Below, piece after piece: positions 10,124-20,369 of a stretch of 64,000 nt of DNA. Source of the DNA: Deltaproteobacteria bacterium (lineage in GTDB: Bacteria; Myxococcota_A; Polyangia; Fen-1088); contig JANRKS010000032.1 in assembly GCA_033763315.1 (NCBI GenBank), positions 288,001 to 352,000 of the forward strand, given 5' to 3'. How positions within the stretch are numbered: position 1 is the first letter of the stretch; the number at the start of each line of letters is the position of its first letter. Made by a program: the position numbers and the translations under genes. The notes below the pieces were generated by a model, which searched no databases, was not told the origin of the DNA, and saw nothing but the letters and a program-made list of their open reading frames with translations.

Positions 10124-11626
10124 ATGCGCCTCCTGCCGATCGGGTTCATTTCACTGTTGTTTGGTATTGGGGCCTGTCGCCACGGCGACGACAACTTGGC
10201 TCGGCCGTCCACCCCGCTGACCGAGAAGATGCAGGAGCCGCCGCGCCCGGTCGTCGCGGCGCCGTTGCCGGATCCCGTGGCAGACGAACGTGCGGCCTTC
10301 GTGGCTTGGCTCAAGGCGCGGTTACCCGAACAGGCACAAGTCATTGACGAGCCCGGGCAACCCGTGCAGGTGCAATTCACCACCGTGAAGAACAACACAT
10401 ATGCGCAAGTGGCGCGCAGCTTGTTGAACGTCACGAGCGCTTATGAGGTGCCTGATCTGGCCAGCGCGATCCAGCGGCAACTGCACGACAGCCGCAAGGA
10501 CATTGGCGCCACGATGAAGGCGGGTCTTACCTTCGCTGTTCCGCTCCTGTTGTCGAAGCCCTACGCCGAAGGCGACGCCGCCCGTTTGGGTTGGCCCGCG
10601 GACAAATCGCTGCGCGGTTTGTATGTGCGCGGCCCGAACGCGCGCGGGCCACGTTACCTGCGCACGCTTCGCAACATGGTGGCCCACGACTACAACGCCA
10701 TCGTGCTTGATCTGCGTGATTACGATGGCCTCATCACCTACGATACCAAGGTGCCGCTGGCCATTGAGACGAAGGCTTCACGGGGGGCACCGATTCACGA
10801 CCTGGCCCGCGCCATCCGCTTTGCTCACAACTTTGGCGTGCGCGTGATCGCGCGCATCTCCTGCTTCCACGATGAAACGGTGTCTAAGGTGAGACCGGAT
10901 CTGGTGGTGCGCAACAAGCAAGGGCGGCCGCACAGCATTGGCTGGTTGGATCCACGCAATCCCACGGCGCAAGACTATGTGATCGCGCTGGCCACCGAAG
11001 CCATGGACGCGGGTGCCGACGAAGTGCAGCTTGATTATGTTCGTTACCCCGTCAAAGGCATCAAGAACGCCGATTTTGGTTTGGAAGGCACAAAGATCAC
11101 GAAGATTGACGTCATTCGCGACTTCGTTCATCGCGTGCATGCGGTGACGCAGCCGCGGGGCGTGCCGTTGTCTCTCGATATTTTCGGCATGGCGGCGCAA
11201 GGGCATCGGTCTGACGTGGAGGCGTTGGGGCAAGATCCGGCGGTGCTCGCGCGTGAATGCGAGGTGCTATCGCCGATGGTCTACCCATCCCACTACGACA
11301 AGGGCTTTGCGGGGTTCTCGGTCCCAGGCGATCACCCAGAGCTCGTAGGTTTGGGCACCCGCCGCGCGCTTGATCTCTTGGACAAAGGCTCAACGACGAT
11401 CGTTCGTTCTTGGGTGCAAGCCGTAAGCTGGAACTCGCCAAGCTACAGCCCCGAATACCTGCGCCAAGAAATGGAATCAGCGGAAGCCAACGGCGGCATC
11501 GGCTGGCTGTTGTGGCAACCGGCCCAGGATTACTCTTACGCGTGGGTGGCGCGGCCGCTCAAAACGGCTCCGAAATTGGCGGCGAAAGCCGTCAAAGGCA
11601 GCACGGCGATGCAAGCTGAACGTTGA
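10124..11626 (+). CDS. Putative glycoside hydrolase lipoprotein (DUF4015-like TIM barrel)
   Basis: Lipobox IGAC; NAIVLDLRD; IARISCFHD; WLDP; DEVQLDYVRYP; SLDIFG; LSPMVYPSHY. Confidence 0.75.
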   Translation: MRLLPIGFISLLFGIGACRHGDDNLARPSTPLTEKMQEPPRPVVAAPLPDPVADERAAFVAWLKARLPEQAQVIDEPGQPVQVQFTTVKNNTYAQVARSLLNVTSAYEVPDLASAIQRQLHDSRKDIGATMKAGLTFAVPLLLSKPYAEGDAARLGWPADKSLRGLYVRGPNARGPRYLRTLRNMVAHDYNAIVLDLRDYDGLITYDTKVPLAIETKASRGAPIHDLARAIRFAHNFGVRVIARISCFHDETVSKVRPDLVVRNKQGRPHSIGWLDPRNPTAQDYVIALATEAMDAGADEVQLDYVRYPVKGIKNADFGLEGTKITKIDVIRDFVHRVHAVTQPRGVPLSLDIFGMAAQGHRSDVEALGQDPAVLARECEVLSPMVYPSHYDKGFAGFSVPGDHPELVGLGTRRALDLLDKGSTTIVRSWVQAVSWNSPSYSPEYLRQEMESAEANGGIGWLLWQPAQDYSYAWVARPLKTAPKLAAKAVKGSTAMQAER

Positions 11627-11628
11627 TC

Positions 11629-12177
11629 CTAAAAGCCCAGCACAAAACCCAGTCCCCAGCGCTGCAAGCTGCAGCCTGTGGACAGCGTTGTGCAATCGCC
11701 ACGTGGAAAGAGGCGCAGGTACTCGTACGACACCTGCAGCGCCACGCGACCGCTTAACCCGACGATGACGCCCACCGTGCCGCCGGCTCCCCACAAATCA
11801 GGGTTGTTCTCGATGAACAGGCGGCCCGCGCGCGGCACCAGCAAGGGCCACACGCTGCCAGACCGCCAGGGCAAAAGGCGCAACGCCGCCATCGTACGTG
11901 CGACGGTCAACACTTGCGAGCCTCCCGAAACGGACACTTCCGCCGTTGGGGCCACGCCGTCCATTATGAAATGACCGTACTCAGCCCCCGCCGCCCAGAC
12001 CAATCCATTGCCACTGCCGAGACCCAACGAAACGCCCACGTGGTTCGTGCCTGCGTCGCCGTAGCGTTGCGGTGCCTCGAACTCGCTTTGCGCGCGGGCT
12101 GAGCCCACACCTAGTGAAGCTGAAGCCACCGCTGCCAACACCACCGCAAAAGCACGCATGGTGAGGGTTTGGCGCAA
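11629..12177 (-). CDS. Putative small outer-membrane beta-barrel protein
   Basis: Signal peptide ending ARA; alternating beta strands; C-terminal WGLGFVLGF. Confidence 0.65.
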   Translation of the reverse strand: MRQTLTMRAFAVVLAAVASASLGVGSARAQSEFEAPQRYGDAGTNHVGVSLGLGSGNGLVWAAGAEYGHFIMDGVAPTAEVSVSGGSQVLTVARTMAALRLLPWRSGSVWPLLVPRAGRLFIENNPDLWGAGGTVGVIVGLSGRVALQVSYEYLRLFPRGDCTTLSTGCSLQRWGLGFVLGF

Positions 12178-12214
12178 GATTGTGGCGTTGTCAAAACCGC
12201 TCAGGCGGCAGCGA

Positions 12215-13411
12215 TCAATTGCCGCAGCGGTTGTCGACGCCGTTGCGCAACATCCCCGATCGTGCCGTTATGGCTTGCGGGCACACCACCTCTTTGTATT
12301 TCACCGCGGGGTTATCGGCAGCCTGGTACCAGTCGACGAACCAACGGCACGCCGCCGCAAGATCAGTGAGGCCGCGTGACGCAAAAACCGAAGTGCACTT
12401 TTGCAGCACGCACGCTTTGACCGCGTCGTGGTTGTTGTTGCTTTGGCGGCACACCGATAAGAAGCCGCCGTATTGTTGGCCAAGCTCATTGTTTGATACA
12501 CCCCACTGCGAGGAACACGCGTTGAACGCTCCCACGCCGCCGCCCGGGATGGCGATGTCGAATTGGCCGCCGCCCACGTCGAAGCCAATGTTGATGGCCT
12601 GCACGATCATCGTTTTGCCTTGCAGCGCCTTGCTTCCCTGATCGTCGCCGCCGTTGTGTGAGCTGCCCGTGAACTGCAGTTGATAGCAGCGGCCACACAC
12701 GTCACCGCTTGAGGTGGCGGCAAAGCCATAAGCCAAGCCGCTGTTCACCGACCAAGGGGTGAGGCCCGAGCACATAAACGCGCCGCCGCCGTTGCACGAG
12801 CTTTGCGTGTTGGCCGCAACCGATTGATTGGCGGCGCTGCAACTGTTCAAGGGCTTTACACCGCCCGAGACGTTGCCGGGCCACGAGCAGTGTGGTTTGC
12901 AACAGTCCCAAAACCGCGTGGCGTAGCCGCTGCACCCGTTCTGGATCGGCGTGGGATTCATGGCCGTGTTGGTGGTGCCGCCGGTGCCCATATTGGTGGT
13001 GCCGCCCGTATTGCTGGGGCGTCCGCCCGTGGCGCTCACGCCGCCTGTGCCGGTGGTGCCGCCGGTGCGTGCCCCGCCTGTGCCGGTGGTGCCGCCGGTG
13101 CGAGCTCCGCCCGAGCCTGAATTGCCGCCGCGGCTGCCGCCTGCGTTCATCGAGGTGCCACCTGCGTTCATCGAGGTGCCACCTGCCCCATCGCCGCCGG
13201 TGGTGCCGCCGCCTTGCGTGCCGCCTTCTTCCGCGGTGCCGTTGTCGCCGGCCTCGCCCCCCATTTGGTCGCTTGGCTCAATGGGATCTTTGGCGCACGC
13301 CCAAAGCAACGCGCCCGTAAGCAGCGCTGCGGGTCCGCGCCATCGGTTGCTGGCACCGCGCCCGCGCGCGGCACTCGTTGGACGGTCGTGAATGAACTTC
13401 TTCACACACAC
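12215..13411 (-). CDS. GH45 endoglucanase, lipoprotein with Gly/Thr linker
   Basis: ATRFWDCCKPHCSW and QFDIAIPGGGVG carry both catalytic Asp; CGRCYQLQFT; MIVQAIN; lipobox LWAC. Confidence 0.9.
   Translation of the reverse strand: MCVKKFIHDRPTSAARGRGASNRWRGPAALLTGALLWACAKDPIEPSDQMGGEAGDNGTAEEGGTQGGGTTGGDGAGGTSMNAGGTSMNAGGSRGGNSGSGGARTGGTTGTGGARTGGTTGTGGVSATGGRPSNTGGTTNMGTGGTTNTAMNPTPIQNGCSGYATRFWDCCKPHCSWPGNVSGGVKPLNSCSAANQSVAANTQSSCNGGGAFMCSGLTPWSVNSGLAYGFAATSSGDVCGRCYQLQFTGSSHNGGDDQGSKALQGKTMIVQAINIGFDVGGGQFDIAIPGGGVGAFNACSSQWGVSNNELGQQYGGFLSVCRQSNNNHDAVKACVLQKCTSVFASRGLTDLAAACRWFVDWYQAADNPAVKYKEVVCPQAITARSGMLRNGVDNRCGN
13041..13181. repeat. Tandem duplications in the GH45 linker (33 bp x2 and 21 bp x2)
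   Basis: 13041-13106 encodes GGARTGGTTGT twice; 13140-13181 is cctgcgttcatcgaggtgcca twice (GGTSMNA). Confidence 0.85.
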
Positions 13412-13491
13412 TTAACGCTGACCCACGCAAATGTGGGTCGTCGGCCGGCGTCGTTCCTGCCAATTTTACGCCGGCCGCAGGCCTAAGTTGC

Positions 13492-14373
13492 CTATTTTGC
13501 AGGCTTTACGAAGCGGAGCGTGAACCGATCACTTTCGCCAATCTTGGCGTACTTGTCGCGATCTTGATCGCCCGCGGCGAAGGTGGGTGGCAAGGTCCAC
13601 ACGCCCTTGGGGTAATCCTTGGTGTCGGCGGGGTTGGCGTTGATCTCGCTCTTTTCAGCCAACGTGAATCCGGCGGCTTTGGCCAAATCGATGGCCGTTT
13701 GCTCAGGCACGTAGCCACCGCCGGGCTTGGTGCCGGGGTTGCCTCGGTGGCCTTCGATGCCGAAGGTGCCGCCGGGCTTGAGCACGTTGAAGATCGCAGT
13801 CAGGAACTTTTCCGCGTTGCCGCCCTCCACCCAACCATGCAGGCTGCGGAACACCACCACCATATCAACCGAATTGTCAGCGCCAAGCTTTGGCTCTTTG
13901 ACATCGATGATCACCTTGCCGACTTTGTCGAACACCTCAGGGTGCGCGCCCAGCAAGGCATCCATCTCCTTGGCGCGTTTGACTTGATAGTCTTCGGGGT
14001 TGCCGTTGGTGTCGGCCGACGTGATCAACAACTTGCCGTTGTCACGCAAGGTGGGCGCCAAGATTTCGGTGTACCAACCGCCGCCAGGAAACATCTCGAG
14101 CACGGTGAAGTTGTCTTGCAGTCCGAAGAACGCCAGCGTTTGCGACGGGTGACGGTATTTGTCGCGCGCTTTGTTTTCAGGTGAACGGTGGGGCGCCGCG
14201 AGCGCCGCCAGCACCTTCTCGTTGGCGCTTTGGGTGGGGGAGGGCTGTTCTAAAAGTTTTGCTTCTTCTTTACTTGGGCCCGTCGTGGCACATGCAGAAA
14301 GCGCAAGAAACCCGGCCAAAAGGCGCGAGGACAAGGGCAAACACAGGCTGTGAAGTGATCGTGGCTTCGTCAT
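13492..14373 (-). CDS. Predicted class I SAM-dependent methyltransferase lipoprotein
   Basis: RDKYRHPSQTLAFFG; VLEMFPGGGWYTEIL; LKPGG; GVWTLPP; IGESDRFTLRF; lipobox LSAC. Start reassigned to MTKPRS. Confidence 0.85.
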   Translation of the reverse strand: MTKPRSLHSLCLPLSSRLLAGFLALSACATTGPSKEEAKLLEQPSPTQSANEKVLAALAAPHRSPENKARDKYRHPSQTLAFFGLQDNFTVLEMFPGGGWYTEILAPTLRDNGKLLITSADTNGNPEDYQVKRAKEMDALLGAHPEVFDKVGKVIIDVKEPKLGADNSVDMVVVFRSLHGWVEGGNAEKFLTAIFNVLKPGGTFGIEGHRGNPGTKPGGGYVPEQTAIDLAKAAGFTLAEKSEINANPADTKDYPKGVWTLPPTFAAGDQDRDKYAKIGESDRFTLRFVKPAK

Positions 14374-14426
14374 GCGCGCGACTATAACCGCGCGGCCCAC
14401 ACAAAGGAAACCGCCGTTGAACGTAC

Positions 14427-15239
14427 TTATTCGGGCTCTATGCGCGCGAGCACAACCGTGGTGTTGTCGAGGCCACCATTGCCGTTGGCGGCTGTGACCA
14501 GATCGTTGCACAACCGATCCAAATCAGGTTGGCCTGCCACGATCTCGGCCAGGTCGGTGTCAGCCACCATGCCTGATAAGCCATCCGAGCACAGCAAGTA
14601 CACATCGCCCAAGCGGGGTTGTTCCACCAACACGTCCACTTGCACGGTGCTCTTCATGCCCAACGCGCGCACGATCACGTTCTTGTGCGGGAAGGCGGCG
14701 ATCTCTTCCGCCGTCAGGTGCTTCATCTTGATGTAGTCGTTGAGCAGCGAGTGATCTTCGGTGAGCTGATCAAACAAGCCCTCGCGCAAGCGATACACGC
14801 GGCTGTCACCCACGTGCCCAATCACGAGCGCGTCGTCGACAAAGCAACACGACACCACCGTGGTGCCCATGCCGCGGCACTTGGGGTTGTTGGATGACTC
14901 TTCGTGGATCTTGAGGTTCGCCAGTTTGATCGCCGTGGTCATGCGGTTCACGCTGTTGCGGTTGCCGCGATCCACTTTGTAAGGCCACGTGAGATCCTGT
15001 TCGATCTCGGTCTCGCGAAAGTAGGTGGAGATGGTGTCCACCGCCAAGCGGCTCGCGATCTCGCCCGACGCGTGCCCACCCATGCCATCGGCGACGATGC
15101 ACAGTCGTTCGCTGCGCGGCAGATAAAAGCTATCTTCGTTGTGCTCGCGCTTTAGACCTACATTGGTCTCGCCGGCAAACCGAACCCGCATCCCATCGAG
15201 AGGGAAGGACGTGCTCATGAGCATTTGACTCCCATGCAA
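14427..15239 (-). CDS. PP2C/PPM-family Ser/Thr protein phosphatase (Stp1/Pph1-like)
   Basis: REHNEDS; VADGMGGH; MGTT; HVGDSR; LTEDHS; LCSDGL; GGLDN. Confidence 0.93.
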   Translation of the reverse strand: MHGSQMLMSTSFPLDGMRVRFAGETNVGLKREHNEDSFYLPRSERLCIVADGMGGHASGEIASRLAVDTISTYFRETEIEQDLTWPYKVDRGNRNSVNRMTTAIKLANLKIHEESSNNPKCRGMGTTVVSCCFVDDALVIGHVGDSRVYRLREGLFDQLTEDHSLLNDYIKMKHLTAEEIAAFPHKNVIVRALGMKSTVQVDVLVEQPRLGDVYLLCSDGLSGMVADTDLAEIVAGQPDLDRLCNDLVTAANGNGGLDNTTVVLARIEPE

Positions 15240-15306
15240 TTTTCCATGCTAGCCCCGTCGGCCGTGTGGGAGCAAATGTGATTCGCGAATTCGTGTGAGG
15301 GCTGTT

Positions 15307-16248
15307 TCACTGGGGCCGTGCCAGACGCAACAGAGGGCCGATTCGCAGATCAAGCGGCGCCGACGTGCGATACATGTCGCCGTCGATGGTGTAGGGCATG
15401 TCGGGTTGGGTTGGGTGCAGCCGCACGTGGCTTGCCAGCAGGCTGTCGGCGCGCGCCGGAGAAATGCCTTGCCCGAGGCGCACGGGCAGCAGATCCACCA
15501 ACAGCTCTAGGGGCTGGCCCTTGACCACCACCAAATTGAAGCGATCGGGATCTTCATCGGCCCGGTTGTGCAGCTTGAACCCCAAACCCACTTCGCGAAC
15601 GGTGGCGGCACACACGGCGGTGAAGCTGCGGCCGGGGTGCGGGAGCCCATCCACCTCGATGAGGCCCTCGAACGGCGGCAGGGTGTGTTTGCCATAAGCG
15701 CTGCCTGTGACCTTCGACGACATCGCACGCACGCCGATCCATAAGGCGCGGCTGGCGCCATAGCTGCCGGTGGAATAATACTCATCAAGAAAGCCGGCCA
15801 CGCTGCCGTTGCCGAACACGAACCCATAGTGGGCGCCAACCTGGAGGCACCGCCGTGCCACGATGTCGGGCGCGCGGCCTGCCCGTTGGCAAGCGGCTAG
15901 GTGCTCCATGAAGGCCACGGGTGGGGCCGCCAGACCCAAAGATCGCGGCACCACGTTCATGGTTCCCCCCGTCAGCAGCGCCAACGGGGGCAACGGGCGA
16001 TCGCCCGCGGCTGCGAAGGCGGGGATGAGGCGGGTGATGACGCTGTGGACGGTGCCGTCACCGCCATGGATGGCGATGATGTCGGGCGGCGCTTGCGCCA
16101 GGCTCACCGCCAAATCGGCGACCGCGTCCAGGCTTGGCGGGCTGAATACCTGACCCGTCTCCCCCATGGCGCGCGCCAAGGCATGAATGCCGTCCGGGTT
16201 CTTGCGGTTGGCGCGGGAGCGCGGGTTTATGAACAGGGCGATGCCCAC
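15307..16248 (-). CDS. Diacylglycerol/sphingosine kinase family protein
   Basis: INPRS; GGDGT; GGTMNV; IDGD. Start reassigned to the GTG of VGIALFINP; the upstream extension overlaps the next gene. Confidence 0.85.
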   Translation of the reverse strand: MGIALFINPRSRANRKNPDGIHALARAMGETGQVFSPPSLDAVADLAVSLAQAPPDIIAIHGGDGTVHSVITRLIPAFAAAGDRPLPPLALLTGGTMNVVPRSLGLAAPPVAFMEHLAACQRAGRAPDIVARRCLQVGAHYGFVFGNGSVAGFLDEYYSTGSYGASRALWIGVRAMSSKVTGSAYGKHTLPPFEGLIEVDGLPHPGRSFTAVCAATVREVGLGFKLHNRADEDPDRFNLVVVKGQPLELLVDLLPVRLGQGISPARADSLLASHVRLHPTQPDMPYTIDGDMYRTSAPLDLRIGPLLRLARPQ

Positions 16249-16347
16249 GCGGCAATGTAAACCCTGTAGACGCCGTGGCCGCAAGGTCTCGCCCCAACAT
16301 TTGGTCCAAATGCCACGACGCGCCTCAATAACAAGGCTGTTCTTCCG

Positions 16348-18177
16348 ATGATCATGGGTGAACGCGGACGCCTTTGCGGCGTGCTGTCGTTGTGTTCCAT
16401 GGGAAGCCCGAGCCTCGTGACCGAACCGCAAGACCCAACACCGGCGGCTGAAGGCAGCCTTGCAGACCGACCGATTCCACGTTTGATCCAGCAGCTTTAC
16501 CGCAAGCGGGTGACAGGAAGGTTGTGCCTGCAGGACGATTCCGGCGACGAAAGTGTGGTGTATCTGCGCGAGGGCTCTGCTGTGCACATCGAGCGGCCGA
16601 ACGATCTCGACCGGCTCGATCGCGTGTTGGCAGAGACGGGTTTGGTTTCTGAGCGGGTGTTGCAACGGGCCGAAGAGCTGTCACGCCAGCAACACAAGCG
16701 GCTTGGCCTGGTGCTTGTGGAAATCGGCGCGCTGGCGCCGGACGTGCTTTCTGATGCCATTCGCGCGCAGCTGCGACGCAAGCTCATCCGGTTGTTCTTC
16801 GTGCGCAAAGGGCGTTACGAGATCTATCTGCACGAACACGATTTCGGCAAAGACGATGAACTGGCCCGCATCCGCCTGGATCCACGCAGCTTGATCTACC
16901 CAGGCATTCGCACCGCTTATGATGACGTGCGTCTGATGGAAGAGTTGCGGCCCCTTGTGGGCTTCGGCTTTCGATTGGTGACGCTGCCGCCGGGTTTCCT
17001 GGAAGCCATGGGCATGTCGGCCACGGATCCCGCCGTGAAATTGTTGTACGAGCGGCTGCTGCAGTTGGACGAGCTTGGCACCATCGGAAGCAAACCTTCC
17101 GACAGCCGCGCCGCCGTTTTGGCTTTGCTGTACTCGGATCTGCTTGAGACTGAACGCCTGCCTGACATGACGCCTGCCCGTGTGCAGCCCCTTGATGGAG
17201 GCGCGCAATCGCGTGTGGCGCGATCCTTATCCCCGGTGCCATCGCCGCGAACCCCGTCCAAACCGCCACGGATCACGCCTTTGCCCACGGGTGCGGGGCG
17301 CAACGGGGGTTTGGCGCCTCCGCCTCCGCGCATTCGCGTGGGTAGCGGTGACGCTGTTCCTCAGCCCATCCCCGCCACGAATTCAGCCGCCGTGGCTGCG
17401 GGCGCCGAGATTCGCAAGAAGGTGGAGGCGCTGATGCCCAAGATCGACGACATGACGTTGTTCGAGTTGTTGGGTCTCTCTGAAGCCGCGACGCCCGAAC
17501 AAGTGAGCGCCGCTTATATGTCCGGCGTGCGGCAGTTTCATCCTGATCGGTTGATGGGCCTCGGCCTTGGAGAGCTCACCAAGGAAGCCGAACGCATCAT
17601 GGCTCGCTACGGCGAAGCCTCGGCTGTGCTTTCAGACCCAAAGCGACGCTCGGATTACGTTCGCAAGCTGCGCGGACAACCCACCGAAGCAGAGACGGCT
17701 CGCAACATTTTGGAAGCGGAGCAATCTTTTAAGAATGGTGAAGTGGCGCTTAAACGCGGCGATTTTGCCAGGGCTTTAGAACGCTTCACCGACGCCGTGA
17801 AACGCAACCCAGCCGAAGGCGAATACCGGGCCTACTTGGCTTGGTGCCGTTACAGCGATTCAGCTTCAAGCAAGAACATGCTGGCCGCTGACACGATCCG
17901 CATCATTCGCGATGCCTTGCACGAACGAAAACACTTCGCGCGCGGGCATTATTGGATCGGCGAGATCTTAAAGCTCACAGGCGATATGGAAGGCGCCGAA
18001 AAAGCGTTCAAAGACTGCCTTGAGATCGACAAAGACTTTATCGAAGCGCAGCGCGAACTGCGTTTGATCGAGATGCGGCGAAACAAACCCAAAACGCGCG
18101 AAGTCAGCACCACAGAGCCCACCGCCAGCAAAACGGGTGGCGCGCAGGCTCTGTTGAACAAGTGGCTGCGACGCTGA
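16348..18177 (+). CDS. DUF4388-like + J-domain + TPR protein
   Basis: N-terminal GSLADRPIPRLI..TGRL; Pro-rich linker; J domain with FHPD; C-terminal TPRs. Exact start uncertain. Confidence 0.85.
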   Translation: MIMGERGRLCGVLSLCSMGSPSLVTEPQDPTPAAEGSLADRPIPRLIQQLYRKRVTGRLCLQDDSGDESVVYLREGSAVHIERPNDLDRLDRVLAETGLVSERVLQRAEELSRQQHKRLGLVLVEIGALAPDVLSDAIRAQLRRKLIRLFFVRKGRYEIYLHEHDFGKDDELARIRLDPRSLIYPGIRTAYDDVRLMEELRPLVGFGFRLVTLPPGFLEAMGMSATDPAVKLLYERLLQLDELGTIGSKPSDSRAAVLALLYSDLLETERLPDMTPARVQPLDGGAQSRVARSLSPVPSPRTPSKPPRITPLPTGAGRNGGLAPPPPRIRVGSGDAVPQPIPATNSAAVAAGAEIRKKVEALMPKIDDMTLFELLGLSEAATPEQVSAAYMSGVRQFHPDRLMGLGLGELTKEAERIMARYGEASAVLSDPKRRSDYVRKLRGQPTEAETARNILEAEQSFKNGEVALKRGDFARALERFTDAVKRNPAEGEYRAYLAWCRYSDSASSKNMLAADTIRIIRDALHERKHFARGHYWIGEILKLTGDMEGAEKAFKDCLEIDKDFIEAQRELRLIEMRRNKPKTREVSTTEPTASKTGGAQALLNKWLRR

Positions 18178-18198
18178 GGCCAGCGGCGCGGCGTTTGC

Positions 18199-18531
18199 CT
18201 ATTCGTCGCCGGCGTCAGCTTCGGGCTCGCCCTCGCCCGATTCGGTCATCAACGGGAACCACTGCTCAAACACGCCGGTGATTTGCTTGGCTTGCTTGAC
18301 GGAGGAGACGTTGAAGTTCGATTGTTTGCGGTAAGAGCCTTTGAACTTCTTGAACCGCACGATCGATATCTTGGGCGCGCGGAACTTGCCCGTGTTCTTA
18401 TCCAGCTCTTGGTAAAGGAACATAATGGTGGCCCAGGTGCCCTTGGTGAGCACTTCCTTGGCCAGTTGTTTGCGGACCAATACACCTTGGTCCTCGTAAT
18501 CGTATGTCAGCTCTTCAAGCGTTTCAGCCAT
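18199..18531 (-). CDS. Conserved hypothetical protein
   Basis: 110 aa; AAGGA RBS; globular, typical codon usage; co-oriented with the PilZ gene. Confidence 0.8.
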   Translation of the reverse strand: MAETLEELTYDYEDQGVLVRKQLAKEVLTKGTWATIMFLYQELDKNTGKFRAPKISIVRFKKFKGSYRKQSNFNVSSVKQAKQITGVFEQWFPLMTESGEGEPEADAGDE

Positions 18532-18572
18532 CGTGATTCCTTGGTGGTTCCTTTGGGGGGCCCCTGTTTACG

Positions 18573-18932
18573 TCACGAGCTGGTCGCCGACAAGGTCATC
18601 AAGCTAAGAAGCAACGATTTACGGTCAGAGTCAGCCAAACGGACGAATTCGATGCCCATGCCACCTTGCCCCTGGCTTTGGTTGGTGCGCACCACGCGCG
18701 CCGTGGCTTTGATGGTGCGGCCGCCGGGCAGGGCAATGTCCACGTTCACGATTTCGCCCTCCTCAAGCAACAGATCCGAGCGCAAAAACGCGCCGCCTTC
18801 GGATAAGTCTCCTGAGGGGAACTGCAACTGGCCCACCACTTTGGGGCCATCCACCGTGGAAACGTTGATGGTCAATTCAGCGCGACGCCGGGCGTGCTTG
18901 CGCTGATCTTTGCGGCCTTGTGTGGCTTTCAC
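18573..18932 (-). CDS. PilZ-domain protein (c-di-GMP receptor-like)
   Basis: QRKHARR (RxxxR); DLSEGGAF (DxSxxG); GMGIEF. GTGA overlap with the upstream stop. Confidence 0.88.
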   Translation of the reverse strand: MKATQGRKDQRKHARRRAELTINVSTVDGPKVVGQLQFPSGDLSEGGAFLRSDLLLEEGEIVNVDIALPGGRTIKATARVVRTNQSQGQGGMGIEFVRLADSDRKSLLLSLMTLSATSS

Positions 18933-19840
18933 TGCGTAATTTCTACCAAAGCCGAAGCGCGGGTTTCCAGCGACAAACGGGCGGGTTCGCCGCCGATCTG
19001 CACGATCTGACGGTTTCTCCACACCACGTCCAAGGAGACAGGTGCGTGAGCCGCGGTGCCTATCAAGCGGTTCAGCAGTTCGGCGGGCACAGTCACGCGG
19101 CCTTCGCCACCCACGGGGCAGGCCGCCCACGTTGTGGCGCCAAACGGGCGCAGTTCCACGTACGAGCCCTTGGTGCCGGTGACGGTCAGCCGCAAGTCGG
19201 CACGGCTTGAGAACTTTTGCCCTGCAACGATGGCCATGCCATCGGCGCCCGTAACTTGGGGCAGGGTTGGCACTTGCAGCACCACGTCGCCGCCCGCTTC
19301 GGATTTGAGCGTGAGGCTGGGTGGCAGCTCGGCTAGATCTTCGGGGCCCGCTTCAGCAACCACGCCCGTGACCACGGAGGCGAGGTCGGGATAAACGCGA
19401 GGCACCGGCCGGAGGCTCGCGGTGGGGCCCAGCACCACCCAGAAGCGCGAGAGGCCTTCAAGTTCAACCGCGCCGCGCCCATCGCGCAACAAACGAATCG
19501 TTTCATCCACCTGGCGAAGGGCGCATTTGCCGTCGGGGCCGGCCACCATGAGGGGATCAACAGCACCCGCGACTTGTTCCGATTCGATGCCCACCACCTT
19601 GGCCTTGAACGCCACAAGGGACGCTGAGGGCAACCCGCCCGCAGGTGCATCCAAACGAACCACAAGTTCAGCCGTCTTTTGCCCACCCGCCGCGCTGCCT
19701 TCAGGATCGGCGTCGGGCAGCGAACGCGCGCTGCCGTCACAGGCGGCCACCCCAGCTGCCAAAAGCAGGGTGCAAAGCGCTTGGCGGCACACGCCAAGGC
19801 CTGTTTGTGACAAACGCGAGGCCGAAAATGCACGGTTCAT
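18929..19840 (-). CDS. Hypothetical lipoprotein
   Basis: Lipobox VAAC after MNRAFSAS; its stop overlaps the PilZ start. Confidence 0.7.
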   Translation of the reverse strand: MNRAFSASRLSQTGLGVCRQALCTLLLAAGVAACDGSARSLPDADPEGSAAGGQKTAELVVRLDAPAGGLPSASLVAFKAKVVGIESEQVAGAVDPLMVAGPDGKCALRQVDETIRLLRDGRGAVELEGLSRFWVVLGPTASLRPVPRVYPDLASVVTGVVAEAGPEDLAELPPSLTLKSEAGGDVVLQVPTLPQVTGADGMAIVAGQKFSSRADLRLTVTGTKGSYVELRPFGATTWAACPVGGEGRVTVPAELLNRLIGTAAHAPVSLDVVWRNRQIVQIGGEPARLSLETRASALVEITQ

Positions 19841-20048
19841 GGTGGGGACAAATCGGGAGGGGACGGATCGCAGTGTAGGACAAAAACGCGAACGAGGCGA
19901 ATTCGCCGCAGGGACATCCATTATAACGCCTGGCGCCGGCTCCGCTACGGTCGAATCTTGCGATAAACCAGGTCCCGCAAGGGCGCCAAGACTGGTAAAA
20001 CGCCGCAACACAAAACGGTGGCGAGGGCCACCGCGCATCCGAGGCACA

Positions 20049-20369
20049 ATGTCGCGAATCGATCCGAAGGAAGTTAGGCAGATTGCCGTCTTGGCGCGGC
20101 TGGGGCTCAGCGAAGCCGAGGTCACGAAGTTGACCCATGAGCTCGACGGCATCTTGGGCTACATCGCCGCCGTCCAAGGGGTGAACACCACGGGTGTTGA
20201 GCCGTTAACCCACGCGGTTGGGTTTGCGTGCCCGCTGCGTCCCGATGAGGTGCAGCCTTCGTTTGACAACGACGACGCTTTGGCGAACGCGCCTCGGCGC
20301 CACGAACGCTTCTTTGAAGTGCCACGCATCGTACCCGTGTCGGGCTCAAGCGACGGCGGGGGCTCGTGA
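20049..20369 (+). CDS. gatC: Asp/Glu-tRNA amidotransferase subunit C
   Basis: MSRIDPKEVRQIAVLARL..ILGYI..LRPD..ALANAP..FFEVPRI; GAGG RBS; precedes gatA. Confidence 0.93.
   Translation: MSRIDPKEVRQIAVLARLGLSEAEVTKLTHELDGILGYIAAVQGVNTTGVEPLTHAVGFACPLRPDEVQPSFDNDDALANAPRRHERFFEVPRIVPVSGSSDGGGS

Noticed and set aside
13020-13200. Tandem repeats as a possible CRISPR array
   Set aside because: They are in-frame coding linker duplications with no spacers and no cas genes.
19422-20048. Long N-terminal extension of gatC; similar extensions listed for gatB, leuB, the DAG kinase and the methyltransferase
   Set aside because: Stop-free frames are expected in GC-rich DNA; family homology starts at downstream start codons.
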